Virus record (IMG/VR): IMGVR_UViG_3300032307_000764
Coordinates: 96,001-160,000 of that record
Direction: 5' to 3' (one strand)
Length of the DNA stretch: 64,000 nt
Origin: a virus
Taxonomy: Duplodnaviria; Caudoviricetes
In this document: positions 30,033-39,623 of the stretch, in pieces
Layout: the number at the start of each line of letters is the position of its first letter
Position numbering within the stretch: position 1 is the first letter of the stretch
Position numbers and translations under genes: made by a program
The notes under the pieces: model-generated
The model's database searches: none
The model's input: only the letters and a program-made list of their open reading frames with translations
Told to the model about the DNA's origin: nothing

Positions 30033-30356
30033 ATGACATTTATATTCTATTTACTAGCAGTTTGGGGTCTAACTCATATATTAGTATCGTCTAAGATTTT
30101 TGATGCTCCTAGAAATTGGCTTTTAATATCGTTCCCGTTCTTTGGTGAAATGCTTAACTGTTATCAGTGCACATCATTCTGGACTTCGATGTTTTTATAT
30201 TTCTTTTTTAATGATCTACACATTGATGCTATATCTTTCACTGTTATGAACGTATATAGAATTGGAGCCGATGTTTTCTTATGGGGATTGATTGGATCGG
30301 GTGTTGTTTCTTTCCTGTCTGTAATTATGTCACTTCTAATAAAAAGGAATAAATGA
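30033..30356 (+). CDS. DUF1360-like membrane protein
   Basis: Hydrophobic helices, CYQCTSFW. Confidence 0.6.
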   Translation: MTFIFYLLAVWGLTHILVSSKIFDAPRNWLLISFPFFGEMLNCYQCTSFWTSMFLYFFFNDLHIDAISFTVMNVYRIGADVFLWGLIGSGVVSFLSVIMSLLIKRNK

Positions 30357-30369
30357 TGATATATAGAAC

Positions 30370-31734
30370 ATGAATAAGAAAGTTCTATCATTCAATAAAT
30401 TTAATGAACAGGTTGACATTTTAGCCGGTTCAACAGGAGCTCCTACACCAGATCCTGCATCAGATACACCAGGAACTCAAAGACCTGAAACAGAAAGGGA
30501 AGCAAAATCAAGAATTGCAACATCGATAGTTAAAGGGCTATTTGGTGATATCCAAGGATTAACTGGTGGTGTCGATGATCAAATCGAAATGACTAAGGAG
30601 GTCAAAGAATCTCTACCTTATAAAGGATGTGGTGCAAGCGAACCTTATCAACTAGAAAAAACACCTATATCTCTTGCTACTATTAAGATACTTTTGAATT
30701 ATCTTCAAGAGAAAAAAGCCGGGGATTATACAAGATCCATAAATGAGCTTAACGAAAAAAGAGCTGTAGTAATTGGTATAAGAAATAAAATAAACATAAA
30801 GAAAGAATCATCCAATCAGGATAGATTCTGTGATGCTTTATATTTTATACCAGGTAATGCTAAGGATGGAACTGAGGGAGCTACTGGTGCAACAGGAGCT
30901 ACTGGAGCTACTGGTGCAAAAGAGAGCATAGATTGGAATAGCATAATTGAACATAATGAGATCTCTACAAATTCTAGGGTTCTTTCTTTCGAAAACTTTT
31001 ATTCTATAAACGAGGAGGAATCTGTTTTTGATAGAATTAAAAAGGTATCTCAAAAGGGAATGGATACGGTAGGAAAGGCTAAATCTTCTTCAGCTACTGG
31101 TGCAGCTACTGGTGCAGCTACTGGTCCGGTACCTCCTGCAAGTTTAGGTGACACTTTTATTCCTTATCAGATTACATCTGTGCCTAGCTTAGCTTATTAT
31201 GGTAAAAAACCTATGAATCCTAAAGGAGTTGGTATTAAAATGCCAGGTGATACGCTTTACATTTTGCAGGAATCAACTCTAGGTCACGGGAAATACAAGA
31301 TGATGGTTGAGGGTGAAAAAATTAAAGTAGGTAGATACCCAATAGGAGTTACTAAATATGAGACTTATAAACCTGCAGAGGTTTACACTGAAAATTGTGG
31401 TATGCAAATACATAGATCCTCTACTAAAGGAGAAGGTATTTGTGTAGGACCTTGGTCAGCAGGATGTCAGGTATTTAGCGATTATGATGAATTTAAGGAT
31501 TTCATTTCTAAGGCAGAAAAGGAATCTATGAATGCTGGTAAATTTATTTATGCTCTTATACAATTAGATGACATTCCGGAAGAAGTGATGAAGTCTGCAA
31601 TGATGGGAATGGTATATTCTCCAAGTCAGGTTTTAGCTTCTAACGAACCAGCAACAGGATCTACAGGACCAGCAACAGAGACTGCACCTAAAGTAAAGGC
31701 AGGGGGATTAAAAAAGCTAGGAAGAATCACTTAA
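30370..31734 (+). CDS. Putative His/Cys peptidoglycan peptidase (L,D-transpeptidase-like) with Gly-Ala-Thr repeats and tagged N-terminus
   Basis: IGIRN...DRFCD, QIHRS...VGPWSAGCQVF; GAT triplet repeats; GATATATA at 30358. Confidence 0.5.
   Translation: MNKKVLSFNKFNEQVDILAGSTGAPTPDPASDTPGTQRPETEREAKSRIATSIVKGLFGDIQGLTGGVDDQIEMTKEVKESLPYKGCGASEPYQLEKTPISLATIKILLNYLQEKKAGDYTRSINELNEKRAVVIGIRNKINIKKESSNQDRFCDALYFIPGNAKDGTEGATGATGATGATGAKESIDWNSIIEHNEISTNSRVLSFENFYSINEEESVFDRIKKVSQKGMDTVGKAKSSSATGAATGAATGPVPPASLGDTFIPYQITSVPSLAYYGKKPMNPKGVGIKMPGDTLYILQESTLGHGKYKMMVEGEKIKVGRYPIGVTKYETYKPAEVYTENCGMQIHRSSTKGEGICVGPWSAGCQVFSDYDEFKDFISKAEKESMNAGKFIYALIQLDDIPEEVMKSAMMGMVYSPSQVLASNEPATGSTGPATETAPKVKAGGLKKLGRIT
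30871..30918 (+). repeat. Collagen-like GAT(GAT)n coding repeat
   Basis: GTEGATGATGATGATGA encoded by ACTGG(T/A)GC units; related ATGA repeats at about 31094-31130; boundaries approximate. Confidence 0.8.
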
Positions 31735-31782
31735 TAGAAACTTTATTCATTAATTACCGTACAAAAAGTAAAGGTAATTTTA

Positions 31783-33192
31783 GTGAGTAATACAATAACA
31801 ATATCAGACCAGATCAATACTGATTATAGGAAATATGCCCTATATGTAATTCAAAGCAGGGGTATTCCTAATTTCTATGATGCTTTAACTCCAGTTCAAA
31901 GATTAATCCTTCAGAATTCACCAAGTGTTTTTAAAAAGACTGTAGGTGTAATTGGTGAAGTATTTAGTACTGGTCTTTATCACCACGGGGATTCTTCTAT
32001 GGCCCAGGCAATATCTAAATTAGCTAGACCTTTTTCTTGTTCAGATCAGATACTATTAGGTGATGGATTTTTCGGGACACCAGTAAATCCCGTTCCGTCA
32101 GCGCCTCGATACACCCAGGTAAAAATATCACCTAAGTATAAGGACATTATAGAAAAATATAAGGATCTCAACATTCCTAACGAGGAGGGGGGATTTGATT
32201 GGATACATGTTGATTATCCGGTTGGAATTTCAACACATATCGTCGGTATTGCAGTAGGGTACAAATCTAATATACTTCCAAGAAAGCCCGAGGAGATAGT
32301 TTCTTATCTTGAAGGTAATAAAACTAAAAAACTAAAACCATACTTTAGAGGATTCAAAGGAAAGATCACAAAGATGGATTCTTTAAGATCTGCCTGGTTA
32401 ATAGAAGGTGATGTAGAGATGGACGTGTCAACTAGAACATTTAAAATCAATTCTATTTCCCCATTACAAAGATATGAGTCTTTCTTTATACGTCTAAATA
32501 GCTTATTAGAAAGAAGCGGTGTTAATTATAAGATGGATAATTTCTCTACTGAGGAGGTTAAAATATCTATCAAATTTAGATGTACTGACCAAGAATTTAA
32601 GGACATATGTTTTCTGGTAGCAAAGGAAACAAAACAGATTGTCACTGAGAATATCGTATTTGTTAGAGATGGCAGTGTTCTAGAGTATGAATGTATAGAA
32701 GACTATTTCGAGGATTTTATTGTTCATAGGGAACTAACAATATTAAAAAGATTTGAAAGGGATCTATTGTATTTACAGAATGACTTAGAATTTTTAGAAG
32801 CTAAACTAAAATTCCTGATATTCATGTCTGATAAGAAAAGATCTGCTGAAGAAGTTAACGAATTTCTTTCGAATTATAAAAGAGAGATATCAAGGAGACT
32901 TGAATCAATACCTTTAACTAAATTGACAAAAGAGGAAATAATTAAGACTTCAGAAGAAATTAAATCGATAAAAGAATCTATAAAGAATAAGATACAGGAG
33001 ATAAAAGCTCAAAAAGCTAGATCTAAAGGGGCAGAGAAATATCACGCTTCTTTAGGTAGAAGAAATTCAAAAACAACTTCCTTATTAGGAGACAGTAAAG
33101 ATGAATTTCACAATGGTATTAGAATTTTTGATCCTGAAGAAATAGAAGAAGAAACAGAAGAAACAATTGAATTAAACACAGAAAATGAGTAA
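31783..33192 (+). CDS. gp52: Type II topoisomerase DNA-cleavage subunit (gp52 / GyrA-like)
   Basis: YALY...RGIP..YDALTPVQR, YHHGDSS, SAPRYT, GIAVGY; GTG start. Confidence 0.9.
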   Translation: MSNTITISDQINTDYRKYALYVIQSRGIPNFYDALTPVQRLILQNSPSVFKKTVGVIGEVFSTGLYHHGDSSMAQAISKLARPFSCSDQILLGDGFFGTPVNPVPSAPRYTQVKISPKYKDIIEKYKDLNIPNEEGGFDWIHVDYPVGISTHIVGIAVGYKSNILPRKPEEIVSYLEGNKTKKLKPYFRGFKGKITKMDSLRSAWLIEGDVEMDVSTRTFKINSISPLQRYESFFIRLNSLLERSGVNYKMDNFSTEEVKISIKFRCTDQEFKDICFLVAKETKQIVTENIVFVRDGSVLEYECIEDYFEDFIVHRELTILKRFERDLLYLQNDLEFLEAKLKFLIFMSDKKRSAEEVNEFLSNYKREISRRLESIPLTKLTKEEIIKTSEEIKSIKESIKNKIQEIKAQKARSKGAEKYHASLGRRNSKTTSLLGDSKDEFHNGIRIFDPEEIEEETEETIELNTENE

Positions 33193-33952
33193 GAAAAACC
33201 CAACTTGGAATTTTAAAATTACGAACCCTAACAATTTTATAGCATTTCTTAAAAAGCTAAAACTTGTTGATAAGAGTGTTCCTCTAGAGATCGAAGGTAG
33301 TAATTTATTTGCTAAAGTTAGAACCCCGGATAAATCAGTAATCAAATATGTCAACGTAGACATCAATGAGATACTTGAAGGAGAATTCCCTCCTAATAGA
33401 TTGAAGATAGGAGTTCTAGAGATTAGTAAATTAATTGATGTATTCAAATACTTTGGACCTGAGGAAGAACTTAATCTTATCGTTGAATCACAACCTTATG
33501 AGGGATATTTAATTGCAACAAGTCTTAAGTTCTCTTCGTCTTCATTAAACATCTTTGTTAAATGTGCAGACATTAGTTTATTAGCATACATAGATGATAA
33601 CATTCAAAGATCCATTCACTCAACAGAAGGATCAGAAGTTAATTTTGAAATATCTAAGGAGAGCTTCCAGAAGATGTCTTCATTAACAGGAATCGAATCA
33701 AATCACGAGGAATTACTAAACTTTGATATTGAGGAAAATGGAGTAACTATTAGAGGTAACTCTTTCCAGTATCAGATCATTAAGGGCAAAACCCCTAATG
33801 GATTTACTTCTCCTAGCGTATACACAATCTATAAAAATCAATTCTCATATATCGATCAAGAAAGCTCTGAAATTCATTTTCACGAGAATAGAATTCTTGT
33901 TAAGTCGACAGAGTCTGATTCAATGATTGCAATAGGTTTAGTGGAGGTATAA
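33185..33952 (+). CDS. Probable sliding clamp (gp45/PCNA-like)
   Basis: 255 aa, alternating alpha/beta pattern, directly upstream of the PolB C-half, which ends in a hydrophobic LVRALF peptide. Confidence 0.5.
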   Translation: MSKKNPTWNFKITNPNNFIAFLKKLKLVDKSVPLEIEGSNLFAKVRTPDKSVIKYVNVDINEILEGEFPPNRLKIGVLEISKLIDVFKYFGPEEELNLIVESQPYEGYLIATSLKFSSSSLNIFVKCADISLLAYIDDNIQRSIHSTEGSEVNFEISKESFQKMSSLTGIESNHEELLNFDIEENGVTIRGNSFQYQIIKGKTPNGFTSPSVYTIYKNQFSYIDQESSEIHFHENRILVKSTESDSMIAIGLVEV

Positions 33953-33953
33953 T

Positions 33954-35123
33954 ATGGAAGAATTAGATTATTCATCAATGAGTCTTGATGAGTTAAAAGA
34001 AAGACTCGCAGTTTTACAACAACAATCTTCGGATTTCTATAATACTGAACAAGGGATTAAATTAACTCTTAACAGTATATACGGAGCGACCGGGAATCAG
34101 TACTTTGCTATGTTCAACCCTGATGTTGCAGAAAGTGTAACATTACAAGGACAGGATATTTGGAAATTTGCTGAGAAGATAGTTAACAGATATTTTAATG
34201 ACATGTGGCATCTAGATACAGAGCTACATGAAAAGATGGAAGTTAAGAATGTAAGGAAGCTTAATCTGGATTTTATTATCTACGGAGATACTGATTCCAA
34301 TTATATCAACCTTGGTGCAGTAATGGATTCTTGTGAGTTTAATTACGATCCTTTTGAATTCGTTAAAAGACTTAATGAATTCAGATTAAAAGAATACATC
34401 AAGAAATGCTATGACATCTATGCTACTAAATGGAATACCGATAACTATCAGGATTTCGAGCTTGAAAGTTTATCTTATGCAGGTATTTTCTTAGGTAAGA
34501 AGAAATATGTACTTCACATCGCATGGCAAGATCCTAATAAGGATTTATTCCCAAGACTTTCTAAAATTAAATCAACAGGTATCGAATTAGCACAGGGAGG
34601 TACTGCTCCGTTTGCTAGAGAGAAGCTTACGTTCCTTTTAAGACACATTTTTGAGAAAGGTAAGGATTTTGATATAAGGGAGTTCGTTAAGATCTTAAAA
34701 GAGATTAAAAACGAGTTTAAGATACAAAAGCCGGATCAGATCTCAATCGGTACTTCTGTTAACAACATAGAAAAGTTCATCGTTAACGATACTACTAATT
34801 TCGAAGTAGCAAAAGGATGTCCGATGCACGTAAGAGCTGCAGGATACCACAATTATATTCTGAATAATTCTAAACATAAAGCTAAGTACAGTTTAATTAG
34901 ATCATCAGAGAAGATTAAATTCTACTACGTTAAGGTTAATAATGAAAGGGAGAATAATGTATTTGGATATCTTAATGGATCATACCCTTATGAATTAGCA
35001 CCTCCCGTAGATTTTGACGAACAATTTAACAGAGTTATTCTAGATCCTATCAATCGATTTATCGAAGCAATGGGATATACTCCTCTTTCTCCTAATCTAC
35101 TTCTAGTAAGAGCCTTATTTTAA
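33954..35123 (+). CDS. gp43B: Family B DNA polymerase, C-terminal part (motifs B, C, thumb)
   Basis: KLTLNSIYGATG, TLQGQ, YGDTDS, KKKY, GIE. Confidence 0.9.
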   Translation: MEELDYSSMSLDELKERLAVLQQQSSDFYNTEQGIKLTLNSIYGATGNQYFAMFNPDVAESVTLQGQDIWKFAEKIVNRYFNDMWHLDTELHEKMEVKNVRKLNLDFIIYGDTDSNYINLGAVMDSCEFNYDPFEFVKRLNEFRLKEYIKKCYDIYATKWNTDNYQDFELESLSYAGIFLGKKKYVLHIAWQDPNKDLFPRLSKIKSTGIELAQGGTAPFAREKLTFLLRHIFEKGKDFDIREFVKILKEIKNEFKIQKPDQISIGTSVNNIEKFIVNDTTNFEVAKGCPMHVRAAGYHNYILNNSKHKAKYSLIRSSEKIKFYYVKVNNERENNVFGYLNGSYPYELAPPVDFDEQFNRVILDPINRFIEAMGYTPLSPNLLLVRALF

Positions 35124-35153
35124 TTTAAGTGATATATAGAAGAAAAGATTAAA

Positions 35154-35591
35154 ATGACTTTTGACGAATATAAAGAAACTGGAGGAATGATTCCTAACGA
35201 GCTAGAGGTTAATGTTAAGACCTTAGGAGCTAGCAATGATATAAATGATCACTTTATAAATTTATTAGTTTTCCAAGCACAACTTAAAATTATGCACTGG
35301 GGAACAGAATCATATGCTCAGCATAATGCTTACGGATCTACTTATGAATCTATAGACGAAGGATTAGATGCTTTAGTTGAATCGTATCAGGGATATTACC
35401 CAAGAATAAACTTTGGTGGTACATTCGAATTCGGAAGCTTTGGATCTGTTGATCCTATTCAATGGTTAAAAACAATTCTCGATTGTTTAAATGCTATGAG
35501 AGAGATGTTTGATAAATCAGATCTTCAGAATTTAGCAGATGAACTAATAGCATCCGTTTCTAAATTAATGTATCTTCTTTCCCTTAAATAA
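35154..35591 (+). CDS. Ferritin-like four-helix protein (DUF5856 type)
   Basis: HWGT.SYAQH.A, D.LVE.YQG; GATATATA at 35131. Confidence 0.65.
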   Translation: MTFDEYKETGGMIPNELEVNVKTLGASNDINDHFINLLVFQAQLKIMHWGTESYAQHNAYGSTYESIDEGLDALVESYQGYYPRINFGGTFEFGSFGSVDPIQWLKTILDCLNAMREMFDKSDLQNLADELIASVSKLMYLLSLK

Positions 35592-35600
35592 TCTATTATC

Positions 35601-35629
35601 GAAACTTACCTTTTTTGGTTTAATATAAA
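35601..35629 (+). promoter_or_regulatory. GAAACT-N17-TATAAA promoter
   Basis: Same spacing as at 31737, 39589, 40870, 45808 and 47702. Confidence 0.6.
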
Positions 35630-35651
35630 TCTAAAGGTAAACCGATAAAAA

Positions 35652-36008
35652 ATGTCATTTAACAAAAGATTCTTCGATTGGGAGAAAATTAAAAACTTTG
35701 CAGAACCGCCTAGAGATTTTAAATCTTTTGACGATTGGATCCTAAATCCTGATGCCTATATTATGAGGGATAAGGAGTCTTCTGATTTTTTAAAAGCTTA
35801 TTCACCATTAAAAGAGGATCTTAGAAATCTAATGTTTGAAGCTTTTCGCGAGGAGGATGATTTTATAGTTCATCTTATTAAATTCATGAGGGTTTCTAGT
35901 AATAAACAAAATGACGATGCTCATATAGAGCCAATCAAAAAATACACATCTCTATTTGCAGAAAAATGGGGTATCAGATATGAAAAATATAAAAATCTAA
36001 TTCAATAA
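35652..36008 (+). CDS. Hypothetical protein
   Basis: ORF with A-rich leader. Confidence 0.6.
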   Translation: MSFNKRFFDWEKIKNFAEPPRDFKSFDDWILNPDAYIMRDKESSDFLKAYSPLKEDLRNLMFEAFREEDDFIVHLIKFMRVSSNKQNDDAHIEPIKKYTSLFAEKWGIRYEKYKNLIQ

Positions 36009-36011
36009 AAA

Positions 36012-36287
36012 ATGCAAGAAAATCAACAACAAGTAAAAGTAGATATGTCAGATACTCCTTGGATTAAATGCGAAGGTGGAAACATGCTATGGGAATCTTC
36101 AATGTTATTTAAAAGACTATCTCCCCTAATGAGTCCATCAGGTAAGGAAGAATTATTACCTGCGGAAATTATCACTTGTAAACAATGTGGAAAGGTTCCT
36201 AAGTTCTTTTTTGATATGGCTAAAGGAATTCCTGAAGATCTAAAATCTGATTGCCATACAAAACCTAAAATCGATCTAGGAGTATAA
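36012..36287 (+). CDS. Small putative Zn-binding protein
   Basis: IKCEG...CKQCG. Confidence 0.55.
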   Translation: MQENQQQVKVDMSDTPWIKCEGGNMLWESSMLFKRLSPLMSPSGKEELLPAEIITCKQCGKVPKFFFDMAKGIPEDLKSDCHTKPKIDLGV

Positions 36288-36293
36288 TTTTAG

Positions 36294-36332
36294 GAAATCA
36301 TTTTTTTATACTAGATTTTTCTATTATCTTTG
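36294..36332 (+). promoter_or_regulatory. Bacteroidota-type primary-sigma promoter
   Basis: GAAATCATTTTTTT...TATCTTTG (-7 TAnnTTTG). Confidence 0.7.
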
Positions 36333-36354
36333 TTTAAATTTAAAAACCGAGATT

Positions 36355-36678
36355 ATGGAAAAGAGGGAAATTTTAGTAAAGGCTTCTAAAGTCTTAAAAG
36401 AAACATTAAGGATCCTTGGATTTGTTTGTTTAGTAGCACTAGGCTACATTTTGTCGGAGCTGTACCACTATAGTACAATGGAAAGAGATAAAGTTAATTG
36501 TGCGTCTCCTAAGGTGACTAAAACAATAAAAGAAATCTCAGTAGCGATAAACGAGCGTAGCGAGCTTATGATTATCGATCGTACCACTGGGGAATATGAA
36601 ATTTATCAGGATTCAATTGGACAATCAATATTTAACTTGTATGCAACCAGAATTCAATCAGAGTACCAGAACCCTTAG
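36355..36678 (+). CDS. Bitopic membrane protein
   Basis: ILGFVCLVALGYIL transmembrane segment. Confidence 0.65.
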   Translation: MEKREILVKASKVLKETLRILGFVCLVALGYILSELYHYSTMERDKVNCASPKVTKTIKEISVAINERSELMIIDRTTGEYEIYQDSIGQSIFNLYATRIQSEYQNP

Positions 36679-37210
36679 TCTTAAGACTAGGGTTTCTTTT
36701 TTTGCAGCCCTTGTTTTTATAGGGCTGCTTACTATTCCTCTTAGACGTTTTTTGAGTGTAGATCAAATAGTACAAGAGGAAATTTCATATTACGAAGAAG
36801 GATCAATCTATGAGGGGCAACCGATTGCAGTCAGAATGTTTTCCTCAATAGAAAAGTATGCTGCAAAATATGATATCCCTCTTAGGTATGCTTTAGGAAT
36901 AGCCTATACTGAAACTAGATACGAAGGACCTTTTCATTGGAGATATAATCCTAAACAGAAATCTTCTGCAGGTGCTTTGGGGCCTATGCAAATTATGCCC
37001 AGTACTGCTAATATGATATGGGGAAGATCTATATCAAGAGATGAACTGATATCCAATATCGATCTTAATGTAGAGACCTCTATGAAATTACTGAGAAAGC
37101 TATATGATAAGTACGGTAACTGGAAAATAGTATTTGGATGTTATAATACAGGAAGACCCTGTGTTAACGGATATGCTGAAAAAGTTTTTAATTTTAATCC
37201 CAAAAAATAA
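36641..37210 (+). CDS. Lytic transglycosylase (SLT domain) with N-terminal TM/signal anchor; start uncertain
   Basis: IAYTETRY (catalytic Glu), SSAGALGPMQIMPSTA, YGNW..VFGCYNTG. Confidence 0.85.
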   Translation: MQPEFNQSTRTLSLKTRVSFFAALVFIGLLTIPLRRFLSVDQIVQEEISYYEEGSIYEGQPIAVRMFSSIEKYAAKYDIPLRYALGIAYTETRYEGPFHWRYNPKQKSSAGALGPMQIMPSTANMIWGRSISRDELISNIDLNVETSMKLLRKLYDKYGNWKIVFGCYNTGRPCVNGYAEKVFNFNPKK

Positions 37211-37885
37211 ATGAAGTACATTTCAATCGACATAGAAACAACAGGATTAGATCCAGTGAATGATCAGGTCCTATCAGTAGGTGCTATTATAGAGGACACA
37301 AACAATCCTTTACCTTTTGACGAAATCCCTAAATTCCATGTGGCTATCAAAAGAGAAAATATATCTGGAAGTCTATTTGCAATTAATTTGAATCGTGAAT
37401 TGATCCAAACGATAGTTCATTATCAAACAGCAGAGGATCAAGACGAGAAGAATGATATTGTTCAAATGACCGGTATACAATTCATGGATGAAGAAGAAGT
37501 TGTTGAAGCACTATTCCAATTTTGTTATAGAAACGGATTGGCTCCAAAAAATACAGATTTATTAAACCAGCGAATAAAATTAGTTGATGGCGTTACATAT
37601 CCAATGCTAACTTCGAATATGCCGAAAGTTCATATCTCGTGTGCTGGTAAGAACTTTGCTACATTTGATAAGTTATTCTTGGAAAGACTACCAAGATGGA
37701 AACAGGTTTTTAGAATAAGACAAAGAGTTATTGATCCTTCGATTTTATTTGTTGATTGGAAGAATGATGATTCTTTACCTGGACTATCCGAGTGTAAGAA
37801 AAGAGCTGGCCTTTCAGAAGTAGTTACTCATAATGCGCTGGAAGATGCTTGGGACGTGATTGAATTACTTAGAAAAAATTATTAA
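37211..37885 (+). CDS. DEDDh 3'-5' exonuclease (DnaQ-like)
   Basis: IDIETTGLD, GKNF..FD, HNALEDA. Confidence 0.85.
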   Translation: MKYISIDIETTGLDPVNDQVLSVGAIIEDTNNPLPFDEIPKFHVAIKRENISGSLFAINLNRELIQTIVHYQTAEDQDEKNDIVQMTGIQFMDEEEVVEALFQFCYRNGLAPKNTDLLNQRIKLVDGVTYPMLTSNMPKVHISCAGKNFATFDKLFLERLPRWKQVFRIRQRVIDPSILFVDWKNDDSLPGLSECKKRAGLSEVVTHNALEDAWDVIELLRKNY

Positions 37886-37886
37886 A

Positions 37887-38078
37887 ATGGAAGAAAGAGT
37901 AAAACAAAGAGTTGAAGAATTACAGGAAGAATTACACGAAACAGCGGAAGCTGTTTTCGGACAGTCTGATACGGTAGAATATCAGGACGTGGCTGTTATT
38001 TTCCTATTACATAAAATTGCATCACTGCAATGCGGAATGGAAGATATACTAAGAGAACTAAAAAAAGATGTCAAATAG
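37887..38078 (+). CDS. Small hypothetical protein
   Basis: ATG after A-rich leader. Confidence 0.5.
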   Translation: MEERVKQRVEELQEELHETAEAVFGQSDTVEYQDVAVIFLLHKIASLQCGMEDILRELKKDVK

Positions 38079-38322
38079 GAAGTTCTCTGTAATAGTAATA
38101 ATCTTTCTGACTATTTTAACATCATTTATTTTTGTTGTTAGAGAATTACAAGAAAAGAAATCTTGTACATATTCGATCTCTCTTAAAAATGGTAGTAAAA
38201 TAGAAGCCACTAGGATAAATTTTTATCCATCGGGATTTTACGATGTTCATGATTGCGAGGGAGAGAGGATAGTAATACCGGAATCATCAATAGATGTGAT
38301 TAAAAATATAGAGAGAAGATAA
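38068..38322 (+). CDS. Small membrane-anchored protein
   Basis: N-terminal hydrophobic helix. Confidence 0.55.
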   Translation: MSNRKFSVIVIIFLTILTSFIFVVRELQEKKSCTYSISLKNGSKIEATRINFYPSGFYDVHDCEGERIVIPESSIDVIKNIERR

Positions 38323-38325
38323 ATT

Positions 38326-38676
38326 ATGATAGACTGGGTAAAATTATTGGTTGGAATCTTATTAGGTACTTTTGCTCAGGTCCTAACTTTTTTTCAACTC
38401 CAGGGTCCGATTAAATATGAATCGTTTAAAAATAACTATTGGATAGTTGTACTAATGGGAATTCCTATATCTATGTTATACATGTATTCTGTTAAGAATA
38501 TGGTAATGGCTTACAATGGACAGATGTGGCCTTCTAGATTAATAGGATTTTCAATAGGAGCGGTTGTATTCACTTATTTAAGCTGGTATTTATTTAGCGA
38601 GCCTTTAACAGCTAAGACAATTATTTGTTTGATACTTGCTATTTCTATATTGTTAGTTCAGATATTCTTTAAATAA
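38326..38676 (+). CDS. Four-TM membrane protein (SMR/DMT-like size)
   Basis: Four hydrophobic segments in 116 aa. Confidence 0.6.
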   Translation: MIDWVKLLVGILLGTFAQVLTFFQLQGPIKYESFKNNYWIVVLMGIPISMLYMYSVKNMVMAYNGQMWPSRLIGFSIGAVVFTYLSWYLFSEPLTAKTIICLILAISILLVQIFFK

Positions 38677-38687
38677 AAAATAAAAAG

Positions 38688-38936
38688 ATGAGTAAAATAG
38701 ACTTCCTCGGAATTCACAAAGAAGCTATGGATATTAATGGATTCTGGAATGAATCTTATAAATCTGTTGTTATTAAATCTATTGAGTTAACTTACAAAAG
38801 TGAAGTTATCAGAGAATGGTGCATATCCGACATTTTGATGAATGGTGATAAGTTTTTAATCAAATGGGAAAAAAGAATTATCCCACTTACTGACGAACAA
38901 TTGAAAGAAAAATATGGAAGGGAACAGGAATCATAA
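38688..38936 (+). CDS. Hypothetical protein
   Basis: Operon packing. Confidence 0.5.
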   Translation: MSKIDFLGIHKEAMDINGFWNESYKSVVIKSIELTYKSEVIREWCISDILMNGDKFLIKWEKRIIPLTDEQLKEKYGREQES

Positions 38937-39192
38937 AAGATATCAAGATTGCAATTTTTTAGAAAAACTTTGGAGGTGGAGACACTATTTAAAAATTCCT
39001 TTTAAATGGATCCGGTGGAAGATCTTAAGTAATAAGGATTTCACTAATACAGGGTATTGGAAAATTCTTGTTGGATCAGCTCAGATTGATATGAGATGGT
39101 ATTATACTCAAGAGGAGGTTATAAAATTTTTCGATACAAAATTTACAAGAAATAACAAAATAGAAAGAGATGAAGACACTTTACATAGTTAG
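38914..39192 (+). CDS. Hypothetical Trp-rich protein
   Basis: Operon packing. Confidence 0.5.
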   Translation: MEGNRNHKRYQDCNFLEKLWRWRHYLKIPFKWIRWKILSNKDFTNTGYWKILVGSAQIDMRWYYTQEEVIKFFDTKFTRNNKIERDEDTLHS

Positions 39193-39586
39193 AGGAATAC
39201 CAGGATCTGGTAAATCAACATTTGCAAAAAAATTAGTGGGTGAGGACTTTTTAGTGTGTGAAGCAGACAAATACTTCATAGATAAAGAGACTGGTGAATA
39301 TAATTTTGATTTTACTAAGATCAAGGAAGCCCACAAATTCTGTCAAGACACAGTTGAGACATACATGAAGGACTCATTAGTCAATGACCAATTTTATAGA
39401 GAGATCGCAGTTTCTAACACATTCACACAAGAATGGGAAATGGAGCATTATATCGAGCTTGCAAAAAAATACGGGTACATGGTATTTACTATAATAGTAG
39501 AAAATAGACATGGCGGTAAAAATGTCCACGGGGTTCCTGATGATACATTAGAAAAAATGAAAGGCCGATTTGAAATCTCCTTATAG
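39170..39586 (+). CDS. P-loop polynucleotide kinase-like protein (AAA_33 / T4 PNK kinase domain)
   Basis: YIVRGIPGSGKST, EAD.YF, SNTF, NVHGVP. Confidence 0.75.
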   Translation: MKTLYIVRGIPGSGKSTFAKKLVGEDFLVCEADKYFIDKETGEYNFDFTKIKEAHKFCQDTVETYMKDSLVNDQFYREIAVSNTFTQEWEMEHYIELAKKYGYMVFTIIVENRHGGKNVHGVPDDTLEKMKGRFEISL

Positions 39587-39588
39587 TA

Positions 39589-39617
39589 GAAACTTAGAGA
39601 CGTAAAGGGGGTATAAG
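39589..39617 (+). promoter_or_regulatory. GAAACT-N17-TATAAG promoter
   Basis: Upstream of clpP. Confidence 0.6.
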
Positions 39618-39623
39618 TAGCAT

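Noticed and set aside
16894-35123. Intein or intron explanation for the split PolB
   Set aside because: No Cys/Ser start or His-Asn end, no homing endonuclease, and unrelated intact genes fill the gap
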